Positions 18,362 to 26,906 of a DNA stretch of 51,049 bases are shown here, one piece after another. Position numbers and translations under genes: made by a program. The first letter of the stretch is position 1, and each line of letters starts with the position of its first letter. The stretch is from a virus (taxonomy: Duplodnaviria; Caudoviricetes): IMG/VR virus record IMGVR_UViG_3300017766_001762, positions 1-51,049 of that record, one strand, 5' to 3'. Under the pieces are notes generated by a model. The model had not been told where the DNA came from, did no database searches, and worked only from the letters and a program-made list of their open reading frames with translations.

Positions 18362-18408
18362 GGGCTTATTACAACGAAAATGATCCATTCGCCGCAGCGG
18401 GAGGGTGA
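18358..18408 (+). pseudogene. N-terminal remnant of a phage C5-cytosine methyltransferase
   Basis: GTGA-coupled MRAYYNENDPFAAAGG* matches the recalled AYYNE(I/F)DP.AA.WL N-terminus of phage DNA methylases, then stops. Confidence 0.5.
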
Positions 18409-18474
18409 CGAGCCGAGCCAAGATCACTCAGGGCTCACGCTCTCCGCAGAGAGGCGCGTCAAAGTTCGTCACCC
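18403..18474. other. Branched stem-loop element (possible structured RNA)
   Basis: Outer stem GGGTGACGA/TCGTCACCC enclosing GAGCC/GGCTC and CTCTC-cgca-GAGAG hairpins. Confidence 0.4.
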
Positions 18475-18570
18475 CGCCCGAGGCGGTCAGGATTTATACC
18501 CGCTTGGTGGGATCACCGCAACGACGTTGCTTAACGGCCCCGCTCATCTTACCGAAGGAGAAACACGCCC

Positions 18571-18675
18571 ATGAACCGCTACCTGATCGCCGCTGCATCG
18601 CTATGCGTTGCCGCCCCAGCCTACGCCGCGCCGCATTGTTCAAAGAGTTTCAGGACAGCCTGCGCGACATGCTGA
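18571..18675 (+). CDS. Signal-peptide-bearing 34-aa peptide or gene fragment
   Basis: SD AAGGAG. MNRYLIAAASLCVAAPAYA-APHCSKSFRTACATC. Confidence 0.4.
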   Translation: MNRYLIAAASLCVAAPAYAAPHCSKSFRTACATC

Positions 18676-18694
18676 TCGCGCTTGAGAAAAGCGA

Positions 18695-18988
18695 ATGCGA
18701 AGCCTCCTCTTAACGTGCGCTGTCGCGCTCGGTCTTGGGATGTCGGCGTGGGCGTTAATTCGCCCCTGCCCGCCGCTGAAGCCGCACATTGGGACGCCTC
18801 GCCTTGGCGGGACGTATGGGCGGGTAGATGACCAGATACTGTACTGCCCTAGCCCATACGGGTGCCTTGTGTGGGCGGTGGTAGGAGGGCGGATCACGGT
18901 CTGGACGACTGATCACGCAGGCGCGCAGCGGATACCGCCCGCGCTCGACAATGCCACGGATTTTGTGGTCGGACTGAAGACGTATTGA
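18695..18988 (+). CDS. Small exported/membrane protein
   Basis: N-terminal signal-like MRSLLLTCAVALGLGMSAWA. Confidence 0.5.
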   Translation: MRSLLLTCAVALGLGMSAWALIRPCPPLKPHIGTPRLGGTYGRVDDQILYCPSPYGCLVWAVVGGRITVWTTDHAGAQRIPPALDNATDFVVGLKTY

Positions 18989-18996
18989 GGGGGATC

Positions 18997-19218
18997 ATGC
19001 AGACGCGTCGAATGTCATGGGTTGAAGCGACCACGAACACGGTTGTCGGTTTTCTTGTCGCGCTCGCAACGCAGTACGCTGTCTTTCCGCTGGCAGGCAT
19101 AGAGCTTGACGCCGGCGGCCACGTTCTTGTCGCGGTGCCGTTCGTGCTGACGTCGATCCTGCGCGGTTTCTTGCTGCGCCGTTTCTTTAATTGGGTGGAC
19201 AGCCGATGCGGGCGCTGA
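18997..19218 (+). CDS. DUF7220-like small membrane protein
   Basis: MQTRRMSWVEA..N..VG...VFP..G...S..R..LLRRFFN family pattern. Two TM helices. Confidence 0.7.
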   Translation: MQTRRMSWVEATTNTVVGFLVALATQYAVFPLAGIELDAGGHVLVAVPFVLTSILRGFLLRRFFNWVDSRCGR

Positions 19219-19367
19219 TCGCGAACAATTGGCCGATGATGGCGGCTATGGTCTTATACACCATCCAAAGTGTACTTTCCCTGCGTAGCGGAAACGTAGG
19301 GATCGGCATTGCTTTCATCTTCTATGCCCTCGCGAACGTGGGGCTGATGCTGGCGAACAAGCCGTGA
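19206..19367 (+). CDS. Small two-TM membrane protein (53 aa), not in ORF track
   Basis: MRALIANNWPMMAAMVLY...GIAFIFYALANVGLMLANKP. Confidence 0.6.
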   Translation: MRALIANNWPMMAAMVLYTIQSVLSLRSGNVGIGIAFIFYALANVGLMLANKP

Positions 19368-19436
19368 TAAACTCCGCACAAGGAATGATGGGGACTAGCA
19401 ATTAACCCGCGTCAGTAGGCGCGCAGGAGGCGTGAA

Positions 19437-20504
19437 GTGCCAGTACCGCCGGTCTCAGACGAAATTCTAAAAGACGTGATAGAAGCCTTGCGGAAAAACG
19501 GCGGCAACAAAGCCGCTGCCGCACGAGATTTAGACATTCCGCGCGCGACGCTTCAAAGCCGCGTTGAAACGGCGAAGTCAAGGTTTAAACTAGACGACGA
19601 TCTTTTGCCAGAAGGAAAAGCAACTCACACCGTTATTCACCCGCCTTCCGAAGACATGCCCGTCGAAGAATTGATCGCGTGGCGAAAGAAACAATTCGAG
19701 AAAAAGCGCGCACACAAAGAAGCCGCCAAGCTGATCGACATCCATATCAAAATGGATGGACCGATTGGCATCGTGCACATTGGCGATCCGCATGTAGACG
19801 ACGATGGCACGGACATCGCGCTGATCGAAGAACACCTAAAGATTATAAAAGACACGAAGGGCATGTACGCCGGTAACCTTGGCGACCTCCAGAACAACTG
19901 GATCGGACGGCTGGCCCGTCTGTACGCGGAACAAGGCACGACACATAAGCAGGCGTGGCAACTCGTCGAGTGGATGATGACGAGTGTTGAGTGGCTCTAT
20001 CTCGTCGGGGGTAATCACGACGCATGGTCAGGGCAAGGTGACCCGCTGAACTGGATCATGCGGAATAGAAACACTGCGTTCCAGTATCACGGGGCGCGGA
20101 TGAACTTGATTTTCCCAAACTCTAAAAGCGTTCGCGTCAATGCCCGGCATGATTTTAACGGCCACTCGATGTGGAACCCGGCGCATGGCCCGATGAAAGC
20201 GGTGCAGGGCGGGTGGCGCGATCACATTCTGACGTGCGGTCACAAGCACACCTCGTTTATAGGTGGCCCGTTGAAAGACCCGGCATCAGGTTTGCTGTCT
20301 TGGGCAATTCGTTGCGCCGGATACAAAACATTCGACAGGTACGCGGAAGATTTAGGCTTGCCGGATCAAAACGCATTTCCAAGTGTCGTGACCATCATCA
20401 ACCCTATCTACGCAGACGACGACCCCAGACTCATTCACGTCGTTCCAGACGTTGAGCAGGGCGCTGATTTCTTGAAGTTTTTGAGGAAGAAAGCGGGTGT
20501 GTGA
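19437..20504 (+). CDS. Calcineurin-like metallophosphoesterase with N-terminal Fis-type HTH
   Basis: GGNKAAAARDLDIPRATL (HTH). GDPH, GD, GNHD, RH and GHKH motifs. Confidence 0.85.
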   Translation: MPVPPVSDEILKDVIEALRKNGGNKAAAARDLDIPRATLQSRVETAKSRFKLDDDLLPEGKATHTVIHPPSEDMPVEELIAWRKKQFEKKRAHKEAAKLIDIHIKMDGPIGIVHIGDPHVDDDGTDIALIEEHLKIIKDTKGMYAGNLGDLQNNWIGRLARLYAEQGTTHKQAWQLVEWMMTSVEWLYLVGGNHDAWSGQGDPLNWIMRNRNTAFQYHGARMNLIFPNSKSVRVNARHDFNGHSMWNPAHGPMKAVQGGWRDHILTCGHKHTSFIGGPLKDPASGLLSWAIRCAGYKTFDRYAEDLGLPDQNAFPSVVTIINPIYADDDPRLIHVVPDVEQGADFLKFLRKKAGV

Positions 20505-20854
20505 TGCTGCATTTGACGCCGGAGATGCTGGAAGCGTCTTACGAATTGTTGCGCCAGACACCGCCTTTTAGGCGCTGGAAACTGCCTGAAGTGGATGACA
20601 TTATATTCCGCGTTATACGCTCAGACGAGGTGCGCGGCACGTTCGAGCTAGTCAAAGGCCGCATGGTGATTTCGATCAGTGGCAAGTGTGTGGGAAACCT
20701 GCACAGCCTCAATGCCACAATGGCGCACGAGATGGTGCATCTTTACGAAGACACAATACACAACGCGCGGAAAGACGTGATGCATTCGTCGAGGTTCAAG
20801 GCGCTTGCGAAGCAGGTCTGCAAACATCACGGGTTTGACGAGTTACTGTTTTAG
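20501..20854 (+). CDS. SprT-like zinc metalloprotease
   Basis: TMAHEMVH...H...FKALAKQV (HExxH plus downstream H). Confidence 0.75.
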   Translation: MMLHLTPEMLEASYELLRQTPPFRRWKLPEVDDIIFRVIRSDEVRGTFELVKGRMVISISGKCVGNLHSLNATMAHEMVHLYEDTIHNARKDVMHSSRFKALAKQVCKHHGFDELLF

Positions 20855-21064
20855 AGGGGTTCTAAAGCGAAAAACAGAAGGCACGCGGTCAACTTTGAGG
20901 TTGGGCCGTTCATTTGCACAGTTAGGTTCAACCCGGAAACCGGCGCCCCGTGCGAATTGTTTCTTGTCTCTCGAGGTAAGTCTGGCACGGACTTGGACGA
21001 TTGGCTGTACGAGCTGGGCGTGAAGGCATCGAAGATCATGCAGGACCGGGAAGACGAAGAATAG
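20855..21064 (+). CDS. TSCPD/NrdJ C-terminal-like frame with no canonical start, in frame behind the SprT TAG
   Basis: Own translation: ...NRRHAVNFEVGPFICTVRFNPETGAPCELFLVSRGKSGTDLDDWLYELGVKASKIMQDREDEE*. Confidence 0.5.
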   Translation, partial: RGSKAKNRRHAVNFEVGPFICTVRFNPETGAPCELFLVSRGKSGTDLDDWLYELGVKASKIMQDREDEE

Positions 21065-21066
21065 CC

Positions 21067-21096
21067 TTGCAAGGCGTTCCTTTCAGTGGTTATTGT
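21067..21096 (+). promoter_or_regulatory. Putative promoter for the gcrA unit
   Basis: TTGCAA-N18-TATTGT. Confidence 0.5.
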
Positions 21097-21124
21097 TGCC
21101 AAGTGATTTGCCGTGGGGGCGTCA

Positions 21125-21505
21125 ATGTGGTCGCAAGCTGATTTAGATTTATTAAAAGACATGTGGCTTCGTGGTTTCTCGAGCGGCATAATTGCTGCCG
21201 CGATTGGGAAGTCGCGTGGCGCTGTCATGGGTAAAGTCTTTCGTCTTAATCTTAAGCGCGAAAAGAAAAAACCAACACACACAACGCAGTCTAAAGACGA
21301 AAAAGATTGGTATCGCATTTGCGAAACATCGGGCGAGTTGTATTTCCCCGGTGCGTATTCGTTGCTGGGATTGAAAACGCGCCAGTGCCGTTGGCCGGTG
21401 GCGTACAGTAATCAGCATCTGTTCTGTGGCGCGGCGCGTATTGGGGCGTCTGCGTATTGCGCCGATCACACTAAGCAGGCTTGGAGGACGAACGGTGGAC
21501 AGTGA
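21125..21505 (+). CDS. gcrA: GcrA-family regulator
   Basis: W...LKDMW..G.S...IA..IG.SR.AV.GKV.RL (GcrA N-domain) and LL.L...CRWP...FCG...YC..H (C-domain). Confidence 0.85.
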   Translation: MWSQADLDLLKDMWLRGFSSGIIAAAIGKSRGAVMGKVFRLNLKREKKKPTHTTQSKDEKDWYRICETSGELYFPGAYSLLGLKTRQCRWPVAYSNQHLFCGAARIGASAYCADHTKQAWRTNGGQ

Positions 21506-21686
21506 ACAATATGAAGCGGAGCGGCGCCGCAGGAAGTATTTGGTAGGCGCAAGACCCGAGAGCGTGGAGCTTGTGCGCTACACGTTTGGGCGCGGAATGC
21601 GGATGCAAACTATGTATCAGATCTGGGGCCGTAATTTCGTCGATGCGTGTTTAGGGGAGGACGGGGCAAATGGGCGTACACTATGA
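21495..21686 (+). CDS. Small hypothetical protein
   Basis: SD GGAGG, GTG 21495. Confidence 0.5.
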   Translation: MDSEQYEAERRRRKYLVGARPESVELVRYTFGRGMRMQTMYQIWGRNFVDACLGEDGANGRTL

Positions 21687-21891
21687 CAGAGACGCTCGCG
21701 AGATACTTGCGGAGATGACGGCTGGTAAAACCGAAGCGGAATATCGCGACTTCATCTGGTCGCTTCGCGAGCCGGTGAAGCCGAAGCGGTCTAGCAGCGG
21801 CTGGCCGTATCGTGGGTTGGAGATTAACGCGCGCGTTGTCACGCCGGCGGGTTCCCGGCGGCTGCGCGCTACGTTTGAGGTGATTAAATGA
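21670..21891 (+). CDS. Small hypothetical protein
   Basis: SD GGAGG. ATGA overlap with the next gene. Confidence 0.55.
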   Translation: MGVHYDRDAREILAEMTAGKTEAEYRDFIWSLREPVKPKRSSSGWPYRGLEINARVVTPAGSRRLRATFEVIK

Positions 21892-22172
21892 CGAAGGCTA
21901 AAACGACGCCCGGAGCAGACATGCTTCTGGAGGCGGTCAACACCGTCACCCAGCGCGGTCAGGTGTACGGGCCGCCCGCAGTTAATATGCAGCGGACGGC
22001 GCGGATATGGAGCGGGATACTCGGCGTCGAGGTGACGGCGGTGCAGGTCTGCTTGTGCATGATCGGCGTGAAGATGGCGCGACTGGTTGAGACGCCGGAT
22101 CACGGCGACAGCGCTCTGGATATAGCCGGTTGGGCTGCGTGTTTGAGAGATTGCCAACAGGAGGAGGGTTGA
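21888..22172 (+). CDS. DUF6378-family protein
   Basis: RGQVYG...N..R.A..WS..LG...M...K.AR...H.DS..DIAG.A pattern. Confidence 0.8.
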   Translation: MTKAKTTPGADMLLEAVNTVTQRGQVYGPPAVNMQRTARIWSGILGVEVTAVQVCLCMIGVKMARLVETPDHGDSALDIAGWAACLRDCQQEEG

Positions 22173-22173
22173 T

Positions 22174-22347
22174 ATGACCGAAGAAGAAAAAGCCTTGATA
22201 GACGTTTTCGCCTGCGCCGCGCTGGCGGGGTTTCTTGCGAAGGACGGGAATTTAGCATTTACGCGAGACACGACAAATTGCGCGTATCGCATTGCGGTTT
22301 GGATGGTGAAGGCTCGCCAGCAGGCGTTTGAGGCGCTCCATGACTAA
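22174..22347 (+). CDS. Small phage protein (57 aa), not in ORF track
   Basis: SD GGAGG. D.FA.AAL.G.L...AY.IA..M.KAR pattern common in phages. Confidence 0.65.
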   Translation: MTEEEKALIDVFACAALAGFLAKDGNLAFTRDTTNCAYRIAVWMVKARQQAFEALHD

Positions 22348-22684
22348 GCCGCGCCTCGAGGTAAACGACCCGTCGTTTAGGCGTGCGGTCGTCGATGATT
22401 ACGCAACTAAGACAATCGGTCTAAAGAACTTAGCCGAGAAGTATTGTGTGTCTATCACGACGATACGCAACATATTGAAGATGGAAGGCGTCGTCTTTCA
22501 CGCAACTGGCGTGCCACTGAGTAAAACGAAAAATCGCGTTGCACCCGAGAAAATACAGGTTAAAAGCAAAGATGCCAAAAAAACAAAAACTGAAAAGACA
22601 GACACCAAAAAAACAGACATCGGAAATTACGTTAAGGGCTCTGCGTTCCCTATCTCGCGGGCGCGTCTCATGGCGGGGAGATAA
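22340..22684 (+). CDS. HTH-containing basic protein
   Basis: LKNLAEKYCVSITTIRNILK helix-turn-helix. K-rich tail. Confidence 0.6.
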   Translation: MTKPRLEVNDPSFRRAVVDDYATKTIGLKNLAEKYCVSITTIRNILKMEGVVFHATGVPLSKTKNRVAPEKIQVKSKDAKKTKTEKTDTKKTDIGNYVKGSAFPISRARLMAGR

Positions 22685-22685
22685 A

Positions 22686-22925
22686 ATGGACAAGCGACCT
22701 ATTTCTGACGCAGTTGAGAAAGCGGGCGGCGCGGTTGCGCTAGGCAAGAAGCTCGGCATTACGCATCAGGCGATCTATCTGTGGGTGCGGCGCGGCTACG
22801 CCCCGGTCGAGCGGGCTATTCAGCTTGAGAAGCTGTCGGGCGTCGCGCGGCATCTGCTGATTAATCCGAAGCTGGTTAGCGCGATCATTGCGACAGATAA
22901 ATACGACGCAGCGGATTTGATATAG
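22686..22925 (+). CDS. Cro/YdaS-like transcriptional regulator
   Basis: AVEKAGG..ALGKKLGITHQAIYLW..RG..P..RA..LE..SGV. Precedes the primase. Confidence 0.8.
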   Translation: MDKRPISDAVEKAGGAVALGKKLGITHQAIYLWVRRGYAPVERAIQLEKLSGVARHLLINPKLVSAIIATDKYDAADLI

Positions 22926-22929
22926 GGGG

Positions 22930-25002
22930 ATGCGCGTGGCAACGGTGAGCGTAATCGCGCCGCATCATCGGCGCATAGAAGCGCCCGAGGATCTGCGCCG
23001 GCTTACCGGCTGGCTAATCTGGCGCTACGAGACAGTCGACGGCGAGACGAAGCCGCGAAAGGTGCCGTATTACACCGACGGCGGGCGGCGACACGGGCAG
23101 CAGGGCAGTCAAGTTGACCGGGCGAAATTGACGTCGTATGCGGCTGCGCGTGACAGCGCGGCGCGGCGGAATTTCGACGGCATCGGTTTTGCGATGCTGC
23201 CGGATTGGCAGATCACGGCGCTTGATTTCGACGGATGCGTCGACGCGAACGGCGACATCCCGAGCGAGGTTCTCGAGATCGTCGGGCGGACCTACGCTGA
23301 GTATAGCCCTAGCGGCAAGGGCGTTCGCGCATTCGTGCGCGGCAATCTTGGCAACCATAAATCGCCCGCGACGCCGGAGCGCTATGGCTTCGAGACGTTC
23401 TCGACGACAGGCTACGTCACGTTTACGGGGCATGTCCTGCCCATCGTCGAGATGCTTGGTTTCGAAGATGTCGTCACGCCGGCGGGTGACGCGGTGAAGG
23501 CGTTGTGCGCGTCCCGGTTTGAGAATAGCGCCAGCGGCGGGCAGCTCGAAGACGACCCGTGGGCGGGTTTCGAGCCGAAGCTCAATTTGACTATTGAGCA
23601 GATGGAAAACGCGGTCGCGCAGCTCGACCCGGACATTGGCCGGGATGAGTGGATCCGTGTCGGCATGGCGCTACATCACGAGACAGACGGCGACGACACG
23701 GGGTTCGAGATCTGGAACGATTGGTCTACCGGCGGCGGGAAATACCCTACGGAGGAGGCGCTCAGGGCGCAGTGGGAGAGTTTCACGCGGCGCGCAGGGC
23801 CGGGCAGGCGTCAGGTCACGATGGCGTCGGTACTCAAGATGGTGAAGGCCGCAGGAGGCGTCCTGCCGCGCCCTACGCAGGCGGCGACCGCAGATGAATT
23901 AAAGGCGGTCGTCGCTGAAGCTGCTGCGCTGGCGCAGCCGGGTGCGGGGATGTCGACCCCCGAGGGGTTCGGGGGAAAGTATAAGGTTCTTGGGATGGAC
24001 GCGCTGACGCGCCTGCCGCCCGTGGACTGGCTGATCAAGGGGGTGCTGCCCCGCGCTGATCTCGTTGTGATGTTCGGCGCAAGCGGGGCCGGGAAAACAT
24101 TCGTCGCGCTTGATATCGCGATGTCGATTGCGCGCGGCGCCATGTGGCGCGGCAAGCGCACGAAGGCGGGCCGGGTGGCGATCATCGCCGCCGAGGGCAC
24201 GGGCGGGCTAGGCAAGCGTGTGCAGGCGTATCGGGACTATCACAATCTGTCGGGCACGCTGCCGATTGGCGCGATACTATCGGCGCCCAATTTCTTGCAG
24301 CGCGAAGAGATAAGCGAAGTCGTGGCGGCGATAGCGGCGTCTGGCGGTGCGGATCTGATCGTGGTTGATACTTTCGCGCAGGTGACGCCGGGCGCGAACG
24401 AAAATGCCGCCGAGGATATGGGCCTCGCGCTCTCGCATGCGAGGGTGCTGCGTGAGGTCACAGGCGCGACGGTGCTGCTGGTACACCACGCCGGTAAAGA
24501 TGCGAGCAAGGGCGCGCGCGGCTGGTCGGGGATAAAGGCCGCCGCCGATGCCGAGATTGAGATTATCCGCCACGAGAGCGGCGAGCGCGAGATCGCGATC
24601 AGCAAGATGAAAGACGCGGAGGACGGCGCGCGGTTTGGATTTAAGCTCGAGACGCTGGTTCTCGGGCTGGATGGTGACGACGACGAGATAACGTCTTGCG
24701 TTGTCGCAGAGGCCGAGACGCCGAGTGCGGCGTCGGGCGGGGACGAGGATCGTAAGAGCGTCAAGAAGCTCGGTCGCGTGGCGCAGCACATTCTCGACTG
24801 CATCGAGTTGATAGACCCGACGCGGCAGACCATGCGGCTTGATAGCTTTATCAGCCTGTGCGCGAACGGCATGCCAGCGCCCGAGGATGGCAAGCGTGAT
24901 ACGCGGCGGCATTCGGTTAAGCGCACGCTGATGTCGATGTCGCGGATAAAAGACAATCCGCCGTTTACCGTGGAAAAAGACTTTATCGTTTTTGGTGTTT
25001 AA
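22930..25002 (+). CDS. Primase-helicase (PrimPol-type N-domain, PriCT-2, RepA/AAA_25 helicase)
   Basis: KVPY, DFD, EYSPSGKGVR. W..VGMALH...W..WS..G.KY (PriCT-2). GASGAGKT, IVVDT, VHHAGK, ARGWS. Confidence 0.9.
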   Translation: MRVATVSVIAPHHRRIEAPEDLRRLTGWLIWRYETVDGETKPRKVPYYTDGGRRHGQQGSQVDRAKLTSYAAARDSAARRNFDGIGFAMLPDWQITALDFDGCVDANGDIPSEVLEIVGRTYAEYSPSGKGVRAFVRGNLGNHKSPATPERYGFETFSTTGYVTFTGHVLPIVEMLGFEDVVTPAGDAVKALCASRFENSASGGQLEDDPWAGFEPKLNLTIEQMENAVAQLDPDIGRDEWIRVGMALHHETDGDDTGFEIWNDWSTGGGKYPTEEALRAQWESFTRRAGPGRRQVTMASVLKMVKAAGGVLPRPTQAATADELKAVVAEAAALAQPGAGMSTPEGFGGKYKVLGMDALTRLPPVDWLIKGVLPRADLVVMFGASGAGKTFVALDIAMSIARGAMWRGKRTKAGRVAIIAAEGTGGLGKRVQAYRDYHNLSGTLPIGAILSAPNFLQREEISEVVAAIAASGGADLIVVDTFAQVTPGANENAAEDMGLALSHARVLREVTGATVLLVHHAGKDASKGARGWSGIKAAADAEIEIIRHESGEREIAISKMKDAEDGARFGFKLETLVLGLDGDDDEITSCVVAEAETPSAASGGDEDRKSVKKLGRVAQHILDCIELIDPTRQTMRLDSFISLCANGMPAPEDGKRDTRRHSVKRTLMSMSRIKDNPPFTVEKDFIVFGV

Positions 25003-25005
25003 TGC

Positions 25006-25034
25006 TTGCAAGGCGTAGCTTGCGGCATTAGGTT
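25006..25034 (+). promoter_or_regulatory. Putative promoter for the replication module
   Basis: TTGCAA-N17-TAGGTT, within a CTTGCAAGGC motif. Confidence 0.45.
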
Positions 25035-25068
25035 GTTGGCGTTAGCGCATTGTTTTATGGAGGGACAG

Positions 25069-25365
25069 ATGGGAAGTGTACACGCTTTGCGTGATCGTAA
25101 TTATTACCGAATGCTGAGTGACGGTCAGCTCATTGAGTTGACGAAAAACGCTCAGAGCGAATTGATGCTTGTTCTGGGCGAGCGGCTTGAGGAACTAGAA
25201 GCCGCAGAACAAACGGTTTCCGAATTGTCTCAAGAGGTGAACGACCTCGAGGAGCGACTCGGTTTATATCAAGACGAGGTTCTGCACATGCAGGCCCGCA
25301 TTGATGATCTTGAATTGCGAATTGCTGATTTGCAAAATGAAAGGGACAAAGATGAGCGGATTTAA
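25069..25365 (+). CDS. Coiled-coil hypothetical protein
   Basis: SD GGAGG, ATG 25069. Heptad E/L-rich sequence. Confidence 0.65.
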   Translation: MGSVHALRDRNYYRMLSDGQLIELTKNAQSELMLVLGERLEELEAAEQTVSELSQEVNDLEERLGLYQDEVLHMQARIDDLELRIADLQNERDKDERI

Positions 25366-25723
25366 GTTACAGGTCACACTGACAGGCGCGACCATCGAAG
25401 AAATGGTTGCGGCGCTTGATGCAGCGCGTGAACAGCTTGTGGGCGGCAAGCCTGCAAAGGCTGAAAGCGTTGCGCCCGCGCCGAAGGTTACGGAGAAGCC
25501 GGTCCAGAAGCCGGTCGAGAAGGCTCCAGAGCCGAAAGAGCTTACCTACGACTACGAAAAAGACATCGTGCCGAAGGTGCTGAAGGCCGTCGAGGTTTGC
25601 GGCAAGACGTTCGTGGCGGAATGTCTGGCGAAGTATGGCGCGAAGCGTGCGAGCGAAATCGACGCTACTTGGATGCCGGAGTTCCTTGGTCGGCTGGAAG
25701 AAGGCATCAATGGCTCACGCTAA
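25352..25723 (+). CDS. Hypothetical protein of the type that precedes DUF2800
   Basis: P/K/E linker then L.KYGAKRASEI motif. Confidence 0.7.
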   Translation: MSGFKLQVTLTGATIEEMVAALDAAREQLVGGKPAKAESVAPAPKVTEKPVQKPVEKAPEPKELTYDYEKDIVPKVLKAVEVCGKTFVAECLAKYGAKRASEIDATWMPEFLGRLEEGINGSR

Positions 25724-26906
25724 GTTTAGCCCGAGTGCAGCGCATCGTTGGATGCGCTGCCCCGGCAGCCTCGTGCTTGAGAGCGCGGTGCCGGATAAGC
25801 CGTCTGCCTATGCGGCGGAGGGCACGGTGGCGCATGAGATCGCGGCGCAGTGCCTTACGCTAAATGTTTCGGCGGATAAGTATATCAACCACACGATCAC
25901 GCACGACGGTTTCTCGTTTGAGGTGACGAAGGACATGGCTTCGCACATCGACGACTACGTTAAACTCGTCCGGGAATACGCGGAAGGCGGAAGCCTGCTG
26001 GTCGAACAGCGAGTTGAGTTTTCAGACACAATAAACGTGCCGGATAGTTTCGGTACGGCGGACGCGCTCATAGTTCACGGCGACCGCATTACGCTGGTCG
26101 ATCTGAAATATGGGATGGGCGTTAGGGTAAGCGCCGAGAACAACGAGCAGTTGAGGTTGTATGCTCTCGGCGCGTTGTCTCAGTACGAAAGCGTCGGCGA
26201 CTTCAAAGAGGTGTTGGTGGTGATCCACCAGCCCCGACTGAATCACGTCTCCGAGTGCTACATAGATCTGCCTTCGCTGAATGGTTTCGGTTCTATGGCG
26301 CGGGAGATGGCGGACAGGGTCGAGGACGCGCAGCGTAACTGGAACTCGGCCCCCGACTGGAACGATACATATCTCGCCCCCGGCGAGAAGCAGTGCCGTT
26401 TCTGCCGGGCAAAGGCCACATGCCCCGCGCTGCGCGCTGAAATAACGGACGCAGTCGGAGACGTTGCTACCGTGTCCGATTTCGCTGATCTGGCGCAGGT
26501 GCCAGATGATCAGTTGTCGCGCAGCATGGCGCGCGTAGATATCGTCGAGCAGTGGTGTACCGCTGTCCGCGCTGAAGTGGAGCGACGTCTCTTCAACGGC
26601 GAAAGCGTAACAGGCTGGAAGCTCGTCGAGGGCCGCAAGGGCGCTCGTGCTTGGGGCGATGAAACAGCCGCCGAGAAGGTTATGCGTAAGGCGCTCAAGG
26701 CTGGTGATATCTGGGAAAAGAAATTGATTAGCCCCGCGAAAGCGGAGAAGCTATGCAAAGGAAGTCCGTCGTTGTGGAACGAGCTTACAAAAGTCGTGAC
26801 GCAATCTGCGGGCAAACCATCAGTGGCACCCGCCATTGATAGACGGCCAGAGCTGGTCGTTTCTAACGTCGCGGACGAACTCCGCGATCTAGCTGCGAAT
26901 AGCTAA
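25710..26906 (+). CDS. DUF2800 PD-(D/E)xK (Cas4-like) nuclease
   Basis: HAKFSPSAAHRW..CPGS, EGT.AH, GTAD, DLKYG, QL.LYALG, QPR, CRFC...C. Confidence 0.9.
   Translation: MAHAKFSPSAAHRWMRCPGSLVLESAVPDKPSAYAAEGTVAHEIAAQCLTLNVSADKYINHTITHDGFSFEVTKDMASHIDDYVKLVREYAEGGSLLVEQRVEFSDTINVPDSFGTADALIVHGDRITLVDLKYGMGVRVSAENNEQLRLYALGALSQYESVGDFKEVLVVIHQPRLNHVSECYIDLPSLNGFGSMAREMADRVEDAQRNWNSAPDWNDTYLAPGEKQCRFCRAKATCPALRAEITDAVGDVATVSDFADLAQVPDDQLSRSMARVDIVEQWCTAVRAEVERRLFNGESVTGWKLVEGRKGARAWGDETAAEKVMRKALKAGDIWEKKLISPAKAEKLCKGSPSLWNELTKVVTQSAGKPSVAPAIDRRPELVVSNVADELRDLAANS

Noticed and set aside
18403-18474. tRNA, suppressor tRNA or hammerhead ribozyme
   Set aside because: No T-loop GTTCRA or cloverleaf spacing, and no CUGANGA/GAAA core in the required arrangement on either strand.
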